From: Candidatus Heimdallarchaeota archaeon B3_Heim
GTDB lineage: Archaea; Asgardarchaeota; Heimdallarchaeia; Hodarchaeales; Hodarchaeaceae
Direction: 5' to 3'
Length of the DNA: 64,000 nt
NCBI GenBank assembly: GCA_003144275.1
Contig: NJBF01000021.1
Location: forward strand, 2,556-66,555
Position numbers and translations under genes: made by a program. Positions 1 through 9,410 of this stretch are shown here, piece by piece (positions within the stretch are counted from its first letter, which is position 1; each line of letters starts with the position of its first letter). The notes under the pieces were generated by a model. The model was not told where the DNA came from. It ran no database searches and was given only the letters and a program-made list of their open reading frames with translations.

Positions 1-1
1 C

Positions 2-1567
2 CCCATCCCGTATTATCCCGAGGCAATAGGTTCTGAAAATCTACTGTATGATATGTTTGGTGATACCGTTACAGTGCCCAGCGGTGTAGGTATAGGACTA
101 GGTGTAACAGCTACATTAAGTGATTTATTGTATACAATTAACAATCCAGACGATTATAACGACTACTACTATTCTCTATATGGAATAGGTATAGCCATGT
201 CGGTGTTATATCTGGATCCAGGATCTTGGGATACATATGAAACGTATTTTCGTGAGAGTGGTGAGAATTATACTAGTAGTCAATCCTCCACTACGACTTA
301 TATAGATGTAACCCGAACGAGTAGTGAGTTTATTGTCTCTGTAACAATGGAACACCAGTATACTTGGGATGATCCCCAATATGGATATACCGATACGACT
401 ACAAGTGAATATAGACTTAGTTGGTATATAACAGGATCAAATGCAGGAATCTTGTATAAACAATATTCGCTAATTGATAGCCAGACCACTTACACGGGTA
501 CAGACTATAGCGATCTTCCAGATAGGCATATTCATCAAGGAATAGAGATAAAATTCGAGTCTAAGGAAAATCTTCCTCTACCTTTAGAAGTGAGAGCTTA
601 CGAGGATATAAGCTTGAAAATAGAAGATGCGAGTGTGGATGTATGGACGAATGGTTTTTTTGATGTGGAGGCAATCAATGATGGAATAGCGTCTTTTACT
701 GACGATTTTACGGGAGCTATTGGCAAAGAAGTTCTTAAATTCGAGATAGAGTCCATTCAAGGATGTTATTATGAAACAACGATTCATACTTATGATGGAT
801 CCACTCAGTCATTAGTCGAGCAACCAGGAACAATATGGTGGAATGGTTTCTCTGGATTTCCTACCTACAAAGATAACTGGTATTATGGTGGAGATGAACC
901 TCCCCTTGATTATTGGGGTGGAACTTTGGCTATAGTGCCTTTCAGTCCCGCCATCACTCCTGATTATGATATGTGGCGAGGTACAACTAAATCAATGGAT
1001 GCTATATTTCAGGTGATAAAAACTGCAGTTACTTCAATGCCTGGAGAGGAGTTCTTAACCGAAAATGGATTTATCGTAGGGAATTTTGATTTATCTAGTG
1101 AATTACGTACTACTGGTAGTTACAAGTACATCTACTTATATGGTGGGTTTGATATTAGTTTTGATAGTAATTTAGTTGAATCCTCCAAACGTAGCAGCTC
1201 ATGGATACCAGATCAAAGCTTCTCTTTTTATCTTAATCTGGATACTTGGATTTCTTATACTTTCCAAGGATTAATCGCAGGTGTGGGAATAGATATCAAT
1301 TTCGATCTTGGATTCACAAACTTCCAAGTTGATGAAGAATGGGATGAGGGGAAGTATGAATGGGTACCTGTTTATGATAATGGGTACCTAGACCTGAATC
1401 TATCAGTTAAACTCCAAAACACAAAATTCTCGAATATACCTGAAGCTTCGGAGGCTGATCCCGACCTTGGTAATGGCGATGGGGGTTTAATTCCAAGTTT
1501 CACGTTGGTAACCGCAATTCTTGTTTTAGCTTCCTCTAGTGCAATTTTACGAAGGAAAAGAAGGTAG
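2..1567 (+). CDS. Exported/surface protein, 5' partial. The reading frame stays open back to the window edge. The C-terminus has a hydrophobic helix and an RRKRR tail.
   Basis: The frame of the 53..1567 ORF continues without a stop to position 2. The N-terminal part visible here has no signal peptide, so the gene probably starts upstream of the window. The C-terminus is ...GGLIPSFTLVTAILVLASSSAILRRKRR: a transmembrane helix plus a basic cluster. Confidence 0.55.
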   Translation, partial: PIPYYPEAIGSENLLYDMFGDTVTVPSGVGIGLGVTATLSDLLYTINNPDDYNDYYYSLYGIGIAMSVLYLDPGSWDTYETYFRESGENYTSSQSSTTTYIDVTRTSSEFIVSVTMEHQYTWDDPQYGYTDTTTSEYRLSWYITGSNAGILYKQYSLIDSQTTYTGTDYSDLPDRHIHQGIEIKFESKENLPLPLEVRAYEDISLKIEDASVDVWTNGFFDVEAINDGIASFTDDFTGAIGKEVLKFEIESIQGCYYETTIHTYDGSTQSLVEQPGTIWWNGFSGFPTYKDNWYYGGDEPPLDYWGGTLAIVPFSPAITPDYDMWRGTTKSMDAIFQVIKTAVTSMPGEEFLTENGFIVGNFDLSSELRTTGSYKYIYLYGGFDISFDSNLVESSKRSSSWIPDQSFSFYLNLDTWISYTFQGLIAGVGIDINFDLGFTNFQVDEEWDEGKYEWVPVYDNGYLDLNLSVKLQNTKFSNIPEASEADPDLGNGDGGLIPSFTLVTAILVLASSSAILRRKRR

Positions 1568-1620
1568 CTCTTTTTTTTCTTCACCTCTTTTTTTTTTATT
1601 CTACCTCTAGTTTTTTTTTG
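1568..1620 (+). terminator. Oligo-T tracts just after the stop codon. This is a candidate archaeal intrinsic terminator.
   Basis: Three T runs of 8, 11 and 9 nt lie within 55 nt downstream of the TAG stop at 1565-1567. Confidence 0.4.
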
Positions 1621-1703
1621 CCCTCCTCAAAAACTATTTGTACAGTTACGTACGAACAGTCGATTCGCTTGTTTATATTTCTAAGTTTGAATCTGGGATA
1701 AAA

Positions 1704-3245
1704 ATGTTAAAGAATGCTGTTGGAAGGAATGTCCCTAAGCGATTGTTTGGAAGAGAATATTTACCATATGCAGGAGCCTATTCCACCGCGCCCAAGGGAC
1801 GACGGGCGGGAAGACGATATCGAACTAATATTATTACACCAGAGAACAGACGGATTTATGATGATCTGGAGAAAGTAATTCGTAAAGTTGGACTAAAAGA
1901 TGGGATGTGTCTTGGATTTAACCACAATTTACGCTATGGGGATCTAGTGATCTGTCAAGTCATGGATACTATTGCTAGTATGGGAATTAAGAATCTAACA
2001 CTTGCCTCAACCGCGTTATTCCCGAATCATGAACCATTAATTGAACATGTACATTCAGGAGTCATTAGTGAGATTTCTGGTAGTTTGAATGGGCCAATTG
2101 GAAAAGCCGTGTCTATAGGTGAAGTCAATGTCCCAACTAGCCTGCGTTCACATGGTGGACGAGCACGAGCCGTTGAGTGTGATGATTTACATCTTGATGT
2201 AGCTTTTGTGGCCTCCCCAGCGGTTGATCTGATGGGGAATATGAATGGATGTCAAGGAAAATCGGCCTTTGGAGCAAATGGATTTGCTAATGAAACGGAT
2301 TCAGTTTATGCGGATCATGTGGTGCTAATCACGGACAATCTCACCGAAGAGCCAGTAACTCCAGTTAGTATCCGTGGCTCAAATGTTGACTATATTGTCA
2401 CTGTCGATAAAATAGGGGATCCGAACAAAATTGTTGCTGGGAGCTTGGGGAGAAATGTTACAGGAAGACATACTGCGATAGCCGAAGAAGTGATAACTGT
2501 AGCTCAGGCAGCAGGGTATATCAAGAAAGGATTTTCGTTTCAAGCTGGGGCAGGTGGAGTTTCTTTAGCAACCGTTCATTACTTAGAGGAAATAATGACC
2601 GAAAAAAAGCTGACAGGGAGCTTTATTCACGGCGGTACCACAGAAGCAGCGGTTGAACTCCTAGAAGCAGGTATATTTCAAAGGATTTATGATGGACAAT
2701 CATTTGATCTTACCGCGGTAAAATCTCTCAAAGAAAACCCTCTCCATATTGAAAGCTCAGTTTATCATTCATATAATATATACGCGCCTGGTGGACCATT
2801 AGCGAATTATGTTGATGTTGTCGCATTGGGTGCTACTGAAATAGACCTTGATTTTAATGTAAATGTGAATACTCATAGTGATGGTTTGTTGCTTCATGGG
2901 ATTGGAGGGCATACAGATGCCGCTGCAGCTCGTTTGACTATTATAACATGTCCCATTTCGAGGAAAGTTCCTATAGTCCGGGATAGAGTTACGACAATTT
3001 CAACTCCTGGAGAAATGATAGATGTTGTGATAACCAATGCAGGTATTGCAGTCAATCCTAAGAATTCTAAGCTCATTAAACAATTAAAAAACTCGGATGT
3101 AGCCATTCTTGATATGAAAGATCTTCGTGATATGGCTTATGGCGAGGCAGAAATAATTGAACCTGAGTTTACAGATGAAATCTGTACAGCCGTTGAATAT
3201 CGTGATGGAACACTGATGGATGTTATCTATCGAGTTAACACGTAA
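1704..3245 (+). CDS. citF: Citrate lyase alpha subunit / citrate CoA-transferase family (CitF-like)
   Basis: There is strong colinear similarity to CitF that I recognise, for example GLKDGMCLGFNHNLRYGDLV...MGIKNLTLAS...HSGVIS. The ATG at 1704 (MLKNAVGRN...) gives about 514 aa, which matches the length of known CitF. The track's ORF start at 1638 is probably too far upstream. Confidence 0.8.
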   Translation: MLKNAVGRNVPKRLFGREYLPYAGAYSTAPKGRRAGRRYRTNIITPENRRIYDDLEKVIRKVGLKDGMCLGFNHNLRYGDLVICQVMDTIASMGIKNLTLASTALFPNHEPLIEHVHSGVISEISGSLNGPIGKAVSIGEVNVPTSLRSHGGRARAVECDDLHLDVAFVASPAVDLMGNMNGCQGKSAFGANGFANETDSVYADHVVLITDNLTEEPVTPVSIRGSNVDYIVTVDKIGDPNKIVAGSLGRNVTGRHTAIAEEVITVAQAAGYIKKGFSFQAGAGGVSLATVHYLEEIMTEKKLTGSFIHGGTTEAAVELLEAGIFQRIYDGQSFDLTAVKSLKENPLHIESSVYHSYNIYAPGGPLANYVDVVALGATEIDLDFNVNVNTHSDGLLLHGIGGHTDAAAARLTIITCPISRKVPIVRDRVTTISTPGEMIDVVITNAGIAVNPKNSKLIKQLKNSDVAILDMKDLRDMAYGEAEIIEPEFTDEICTAVEYRDGTLMDVIYRVNT

Positions 3246-3300
3246 TTTAAATTAATCTTAAACTTGAGAATCTAACACAAAGTTTCAGAGTAGAACCAAA

Positions 3301-3690
3301 ATGAGCTGGGAAGAAATTGACAAGTTACTAGTCAAGATGTTTGATTCACAGATTAGGAAGCTAAGAAATCGACAGACACACGTTGAAGACTCAAAACGGC
3401 CTAATGAATCTCCCTCCTCTGATTTTAAGGAATGGTTATCAGATTATATTCAAGATTGTTCTGATTATGAAGAATTTGAAAAATCTCGCCTAATCTGCAA
3501 GTTTTGTGGAGAAAAAATCGATAATGCTAATTTTATAGCAATAAGCCACCCCGATTGTCCAGAGGATTACACAAAACAACTCTATTTTCATTCTACTGAC
3601 CATTGTAATTCACGAGTACGTTATTTGAAGATAACACGGAAAATGTGGTTAATACGGTATCAGCTGGAAGGAAAACTGAAGAATACTTAG
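3301..3690 (+). CDS. Hypothetical small protein with a CxxC...HxxxC metal-binding-like motif
   Basis: A 129-aa ORF containing CKFCGEKIDN...HPDCPED...HCNS. It sits in the intergenic space between citF and aconitase. I recognise no family. Confidence 0.4.
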   Translation: MSWEEIDKLLVKMFDSQIRKLRNRQTHVEDSKRPNESPSSDFKEWLSDYIQDCSDYEEFEKSRLICKFCGEKIDNANFIAISHPDCPEDYTKQLYFHSTDHCNSRVRYLKITRKMWLIRYQLEGKLKNT

Positions 3691-3779
3691 ATTTTCAGGA
3701 ATTTTTGTTTTCTTTCACGAAAATCTTAAAACTTTGCGTCCTTAGTGGTCTCTAGTTAAAAAGTTAGGAAGGAAATTAG

Positions 3780-6470
3780 TTGATCTCACTAGAAAATATT
3801 CAGAAAGTCAAACAGGTAAGAAATTATGGTCAAGATGACGTTTCTGTTTACAGTTTAAGTGTATTAGAGGATTTAGGAGTAGATATTAATCGTCTACCAT
3901 TTTCTATACGGGTACTCTTGGAAAATGTCTTGAGAAGTCACGATGCTAAACTTATTACTATGGATGATGTGAACACGATAGCAAGTTGGCCTAAAGGACT
4001 GGGAAAAACAATTCCCTACATGCCCGCTCGTGTAGTATTACAAGATTTAACCGGTGTTCCCCTTATTGTAGATATGGCTGCAATCCGAGAGGCGGTTCAT
4101 ACACTTGGTGGTGATCCTGCTGAGATTAATCCACTTATTCCGACTGATTTGATAATAGACCATTCAGTTCAAATCGATTTTTTCGGGGTGAATGACGCCT
4201 ATGAACAAAATCTCGAAAAAGAGTATGAACGAAACTCAGAAAGATATAAACTGATCAAATGGGCCCAAAATTCATTTCAGAATACTCGCATTGTTCCCAC
4301 AGGATCTGGTATTTGTCATCAAGTGAATCTTGAATATCTGGCGTCAGTTATTGACGTTCGTGAAGTAAATGGAGAAAAAATCGCTTTAGTTGATACGTGT
4401 GTAGGTACCGATAGTCACACTCCCATGGTTAATGGTGTTAGCGTGATTGGTTGGGGTGTTGGCGGGATAGAAGCCGAAGCTGTTATGTTAGGACAACCCT
4501 ATTACCTTCCCCTCCCTGAAGTTGTGGGAGTAAGGTTATCTGGAGAATTACCTGAAGGTACCACGGCAACAGACTTAGTCCTTACAATTACCGAGAATTT
4601 ACGAAAACGCAATCTTGTAGGGAAATTTGTTGAGTATTTCGGTCCAGGAGTAGCTAATTTGTCTGTCCCAGATCGTGCAACACTTAGCAATATGTCTCCT
4701 GAAATGGGAATAACAGTTGGCTTTTGGGCAATTGATCAACAAACACTAAACTATCTAGAGTTAAGTGGCCGAGATCCAGAACATATTTCATTTGTTAAGC
4801 AGTATGCTCAAGATCAGAAGTTGTTCAGGACGGTTGACACACCTGATCCTCATTTTACCGAAGTCATTGAAGTGAACCTCTCACAAATAGAACCTTCCAT
4901 CGCTGGACCGCTGAATCCTGAGGAACAGGTGACATTAGCTGATGTGAAAAATCGAGTAGGGACTTTTCTGGATGAACACATGAAAGAGAGAAATCGTGAA
5001 AGAAGTCGGGTAAATATTGAGTTGGATGGTATTACATGGCCTATTACTGATGGAGATCTAGTAATTGCAGCAATTACCTCTTGTACCAATACCTCAAATC
5101 CTAGTGTTATGATAGGTGCAGCTCTACTGGCTAAAAAGGCAGTTAAACTAGGATTACGAGTTAAACCCACAATTAAAACTAGCCTTGCTCCAGGCTCAAA
5201 GGTGGTAACCGATTATCTTGATGATTTACATTTAACACCATACCTTGAAGCGCTTGGTTTTCATCTTGTCGGATACGGATGCACAACCTGCATTGGAAAT
5301 AGTGGCCCACTTCGCCCTGAAATCGAAGAGGCTGTTAAGAAGCATGACCTTTACGTGACATCTGTACTTAGTGGAAATAGAAATTACGGTGGAAGAATTC
5401 ATCAACTCACTCGTGGAAACTTTTTAGCTTCTCCCATGCTTGTAGTAGCCTTTGCTCTTGCGGGTACTGTTGACATCGACTTATCAAAGGATCCCCTTAG
5501 CTATACACCTAATGGAAAACCAATTTACCTGAAAGATATTTGGCCATCTGCAGATGAGATTAATTATGCAGTCGAAAAAGGTCTTTCCTCCGAAATATAC
5601 AAGAAAGAATACAGTATGATTAGTGAGGGCGACCCTAACTGGCAGGCCTTAAAAGCACCAACAACAACTCTCTTTGAATGGGATCCTGATTCAACATACA
5701 TTCGGAATCCTCCGTTCTTTGAGGATCGTTACTTCTCTCTTAAACCCAAATCCCTTGAAGATATCAAAGGCGCCCGAGTTCTCGGATTATTCCATGATAA
5801 AGTATCCACTGATCATATTAGTCCTGCCGGAGCTATTGCTACTGAAAGCCCAGCAGGAAAGCACCTAATTTCCAAAGGAGTGCCGATTGCAGCGTTCAAT
5901 ACATATGGAAGCCGTCGTGGAAATCACGAAATTATGATGCGAGGAACTCTAGCTAATATTCGGGTGAAAAATCAGCTTACTCCATCCAAGGAGGGTTGGT
6001 GGACGGTACATCATCTCAGTGGCGAATTAACAAGTTTTTACGATGCTGCAATGAAGTATGAGGATAGTTCCACCCCAACAATTGTACTTGGTTCAGCCCT
6101 TTATGGTGTTGGTAGTTCTCGTGATTGGGCAGCTAAAGGTGTTGCTTTACTTGGTGCGCAAGCTGTGTTTGCTAAAAGCTTTGAACGAATTCATCGAAGT
6201 AATCTTGTTGGTATGGGTGTGCTTCCCCTCGAATTTGAGGAAGGCCAAGGTTGGCAAGAATTGGGATTAGACGGTACAGAGACTTATGACATTCTTGGTC
6301 TTGATGCAGGTTTAACACCAAAAATGAAATTGCAAGTTGTGGCTAACAAGAGCGATGGATCAACTGTTAAGTTCTCAGTAGTTGCACGAGTGGATGCAGA
6401 GATCGAGATTGAATATTTCAAACACGGTGGAATCTTACAGTTCCTGGTTGCCTCTGTCATAAATAAATAG
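3780..6470 (+). CDS. acnA: Aconitate hydratase (aconitase A family)
   Basis: At 896 aa with the hallmark aconitase blocks (RLPFSIRVLLEN, IDHSVQIDFFG, SGICHQVNLEYL, GTDSHT, CTNTSNPS, SGNRNYGGR). The start is a TTG. Confidence 0.9.
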   Translation: MISLENIQKVKQVRNYGQDDVSVYSLSVLEDLGVDINRLPFSIRVLLENVLRSHDAKLITMDDVNTIASWPKGLGKTIPYMPARVVLQDLTGVPLIVDMAAIREAVHTLGGDPAEINPLIPTDLIIDHSVQIDFFGVNDAYEQNLEKEYERNSERYKLIKWAQNSFQNTRIVPTGSGICHQVNLEYLASVIDVREVNGEKIALVDTCVGTDSHTPMVNGVSVIGWGVGGIEAEAVMLGQPYYLPLPEVVGVRLSGELPEGTTATDLVLTITENLRKRNLVGKFVEYFGPGVANLSVPDRATLSNMSPEMGITVGFWAIDQQTLNYLELSGRDPEHISFVKQYAQDQKLFRTVDTPDPHFTEVIEVNLSQIEPSIAGPLNPEEQVTLADVKNRVGTFLDEHMKERNRERSRVNIELDGITWPITDGDLVIAAITSCTNTSNPSVMIGAALLAKKAVKLGLRVKPTIKTSLAPGSKVVTDYLDDLHLTPYLEALGFHLVGYGCTTCIGNSGPLRPEIEEAVKKHDLYVTSVLSGNRNYGGRIHQLTRGNFLASPMLVVAFALAGTVDIDLSKDPLSYTPNGKPIYLKDIWPSADEINYAVEKGLSSEIYKKEYSMISEGDPNWQALKAPTTTLFEWDPDSTYIRNPPFFEDRYFSLKPKSLEDIKGARVLGLFHDKVSTDHISPAGAIATESPAGKHLISKGVPIAAFNTYGSRRGNHEIMMRGTLANIRVKNQLTPSKEGWWTVHHLSGELTSFYDAAMKYEDSSTPTIVLGSALYGVGSSRDWAAKGVALLGAQAVFAKSFERIHRSNLVGMGVLPLEFEEGQGWQELGLDGTETYDILGLDAGLTPKMKLQVVANKSDGSTVKFSVVARVDAEIEIEYFKHGGILQFLVASVINK

Positions 6471-6472
6471 CT

Positions 6473-6506
6473 TTGGGGAGATACTCCTTATTTTTAAAAT
6501 CCCCAA
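6473..6506. terminator. Hairpin between two convergent genes (aconitase on +, DinB-like on -)
   Basis: Inverted repeat ttgggga ... tccccaa (7-bp arms, 20-nt T/A-rich loop). It follows the acnA stop directly and overlaps the stop of the minus-strand gene. Confidence 0.3.
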
Positions 6507-6994
6507 GCTCCTTTTTCTCGTGCTCTTTTTATTTCTAAAATCTGGCCTGCGTGAGTAAATACATGATTGAAATGCAGAACCAGAACTTTCATGTGATTTC
6601 TATTTTTCCAGTGTGGAGGAAGGAGTGAATCATCGGGAAATTCTTCTAACCAAGTATCGTCTTTTGCCATCAGTTCCTCGACAACTTTACTAGTTACCAG
6701 TTTAAATTGTGTAAACAAATCCTCAAGTGAAAATTGAGAGGGGAATTCTCCTTCAGAGCTAAAACCAAATACTGTGTAATAGTCGTCAGGAAGTAAAGAT
6801 GATTTTCCTAGTAGTAATTGATTAACAAATTGATCATGAGATACTAAAACATGCCCGACTATCCACCCTGCAGCGGGTGCAGAATTTTCACTTAGACGCC
6901 ATCTAAGATCTTCTGGGGTTAAACCTTCTGTAACAAACTTCATTTGATTTTCTAGTGCGAAACAAAAAGATCGAATTACTGTTATTGCTCTCAT
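6494..6994 (-). CDS. DinB/YfiT-like (DinB_2 superfamily) four-helix-bundle metal-dependent protein
   Basis: At 166 aa. The pattern LTPEDL...P...GWIVGHVLVSHD followed by a C-terminal HxxxHxGQ (FTHAGQILEIKRA) is typical of the DinB_2/DUF664 family. Confidence 0.5.
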   Translation of the reverse strand: MRAITVIRSFCFALENQMKFVTEGLTPEDLRWRLSENSAPAAGWIVGHVLVSHDQFVNQLLLGKSSLLPDDYYTVFGFSSEGEFPSQFSLEDLFTQFKLVTSKVVEELMAKDDTWLEEFPDDSLLPPHWKNRNHMKVLVLHFNHVFTHAGQILEIKRAREKGAWGF

Positions 6995-7116
6995 CCAATA
7001 CGCCTTCCTGAATTGAATTGATTCATTATTGAGAATTAAGTTCTCACCAGTGATCTTTTATAGTTTTCAGCTATTTTTAACAACAAGCATCGGTACGATT
7101 CTTTTCTCCTTGGGAA

Positions 7117-7758
7117 ATGGGTTTCATCGTGAATTCTCAACCAAAGAAATTATTATATGTTCTCTTCCCATTTATCGTGCTTATAATTAGTTTAATAGTT
7201 ATAAATCTCTTATCAATGATTGAGTCAGATCCGTTGGACACAATCTGGACAACTCGGCAGCTAGTAATTGGATTATTCATCTTTGTTGGATTTACATTTA
7301 TCCCTGGATTTCTACAACTTTCATTCCGAAATTCATTACCGTGGTTTTTTGTATCTCTCTCTCACCACTCAGGTTCTATGAAAAATCACGAACTAGTTTA
7401 CAAGAATCATTCTATCTGTGCAGGATGCTTTGGTTCTACTCTTAGTATTTTTCTTAGCAATACGTGTCTATTACTATATTTTTTCTTTCCTTCATCTTTC
7501 GATAGAATAACCCCTTCCGTACTTCTTGTCATTGGATTTATTCTCATCTTAGTAACTTATAGTAGATATTTCACAACCTTTTCAGCTAGAATTAGGTTAG
7601 TGCAACATTCAACATTATTTTTTGGATTATCATTCCTTATAATCGCAGAAGACATGATATTCCAGTCTGCGTTATTTATAGTCCTTCTTTTACCAAGTTG
7701 GATCAGTTTTTTATTAAAAAGAGTAAAATTAAGTAAAGAAAAACATAGTAAAAGCTAA
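7117..7758 (+). CDS. Hypothetical polytopic membrane protein
   Basis: At 213 aa, very hydrophobic, with 5-6 predicted helices and a conserved-looking CAGC motif in a loop. No family recognised. Confidence 0.45.
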   Translation: MGFIVNSQPKKLLYVLFPFIVLIISLIVINLLSMIESDPLDTIWTTRQLVIGLFIFVGFTFIPGFLQLSFRNSLPWFFVSLSHHSGSMKNHELVYKNHSICAGCFGSTLSIFLSNTCLLLYFFFPSSFDRITPSVLLVIGFILILVTYSRYFTTFSARIRLVQHSTLFFGLSFLIIAEDMIFQSALFIVLLLPSWISFLLKRVKLSKEKHSKS

Positions 7759-7834
7759 CTGACTTCAGAATTAAAATCTGAAAAATAGAAAGGAAAAAAT
7801 ATGTATATCATAACGCTCTAAGTTTTTTGGGTAT

Positions 7835-8566
7835 GTGAGAAGAATTATGATTGATTTCACGAGTACTTTAGGCCTCTGGATCTTTGCGATACTCTTAGGG
7901 TTGAAGCATTCGTTTGATGCCGATCATCTTGTCGCTGTAACAGGCGTTTTAAGTAATGCTCCTACCACTAAACAAACTACCAGATTAAGTGTGTCATGGG
8001 CATTAGGCCATATGATAACAGCTTCCTTGTTGACAATCGTGTTATTTTCTTTTAAAGAAACTCTTTTAAAAGAGATTTTAAGTAATATGGAATTACTTGT
8101 CCCATTTATGTTGATTGCTATTGCTCTATTAACTTTAGCATGGGAATTTGATCTGCTCCACTTTCACAGGCATGAACACACTCAAAAGGACGTTGAAGAA
8201 TCAAAAGAGCATACTCATCTTCACCTTCATTTACCCAAATTGAATGAACACGGAACAATGGTTGGGATAGGTATAATTCATGGATTAGCAAGTAATGATG
8301 AATTATTATTATTATTCACATTGACATTAGGTATTAATGAGTTGTGGGCAATACTTATAGGAGTCATGTTTTTCACAGTGGGCGTAATTAGTGGTATGGT
8401 TGCATACGGATGGCTAATCAACTTTCCAAACCAGCAATGGGGTGAAAAACGAGTTACCAGAGTAGTTAATGTCTCAATTGCCTCTGTTACTTTGACATAT
8501 GCGTTTTGGTTATTAATTGGACTGGAAGGGCTGAATGTCGTTGAATTTGTAAGTTCGCTTTTTTAA
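7835..8566 (+). CDS. NicO/RcnA-like nickel/cobalt efflux family membrane protein
   Basis: HSFDADHLVAVTG signature in the first helix. His-rich cytoplasmic loop HFHRHEHTQKDVEESKEHTHLHLHLPKLNEHG. Six predicted transmembrane helices. Confidence 0.6.
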   Translation: MRRIMIDFTSTLGLWIFAILLGLKHSFDADHLVAVTGVLSNAPTTKQTTRLSVSWALGHMITASLLTIVLFSFKETLLKEILSNMELLVPFMLIAIALLTLAWEFDLLHFHRHEHTQKDVEESKEHTHLHLHLPKLNEHGTMVGIGIIHGLASNDELLLLFTLTLGINELWAILIGVMFFTVGVISGMVAYGWLINFPNQQWGEKRVTRVVNVSIASVTLTYAFWLLIGLEGLNVVEFVSSLF

Positions 8567-8648
8567 TGAAATAGAAAGAATAACTAAATAAAATACAGTC
8601 TATTTGCAGGTTACGTCATAGAAGAGGTTATTACACGAGGTATTAAAA

Positions 8649-9395
8649 TTGGTTAACTTTGAAATCACAGTTCTTTTTTATGGTACAGTAGCAGGACTTG
8701 CTACACTTTCAGGTATCGTACTTATGCGCAGTAAGCAGGAATGGGCAATTTCGAGATCCCAGTATGTCAATTCGTTTGCTGCAGGATTAATATTGGCACT
8801 TGTATTCTTTCATTTACTTCCTGAAGCAGTAGAACTATCAGATATTGCTTTTCCTACCATATTTCTTGGTTTTTTCAGTTTTTATCTTTTAGAAAACTTC
8901 ATTGTGATTCATTCAGGATCGGAACTTCACTTTCATGAAAGTGATCCGTGTTTACAGCATGCCTCTGAGACTAATGGCGTCATGGCCTTTACAGGATTAA
9001 GTTTGCATTCGTTAATAGATGGAGTGATCATAGGGGTCGGTTTCGAGTTGGGAACAGAAATAGGTATATTAGCCGCACTAGCTGTAATCGCTCATGAAGT
9101 ACCTGAAGGCGTAACCTCTTTTGCCTTGATAAATGAAACACTTCCTGACAAATCGCTCATCCTTTCAGTGATTGTCGCTGTTGCTACCCCTATTGGTGCT
9201 TTAATTTCATTGCTATTCATTCATAGTTTAACAGATAACTTGATTGGTATCCTGCTTGCCCTAGCTGCTGGAACATTTATTTACATCTCTGCTTCAGATT
9301 TAATTCCTCAAACACATGGAACCCAGAACTTAAAAACTATGGTCGCATTCCTACTCGGTGCGGTATTAATTATGGTAATTTCTTTCATACCATAA
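8649..9395 (+). CDS. ZIP family divalent metal (Zn/Fe) transporter, ZupT-like
   Basis: Has AHEVPEGVTSFALI and HSLIDGVIIG motifs and about 8 transmembrane helices. The start is a TTG. Confidence 0.8.
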   Translation: MVNFEITVLFYGTVAGLATLSGIVLMRSKQEWAISRSQYVNSFAAGLILALVFFHLLPEAVELSDIAFPTIFLGFFSFYLLENFIVIHSGSELHFHESDPCLQHASETNGVMAFTGLSLHSLIDGVIIGVGFELGTEIGILAALAVIAHEVPEGVTSFALINETLPDKSLILSVIVAVATPIGALISLLFIHSLTDNLIGILLALAAGTFIYISASDLIPQTHGTQNLKTMVAFLLGAVLIMVISFIP

Positions 9396-9410
9396 ACAAT
9401 CTTTAGCATT

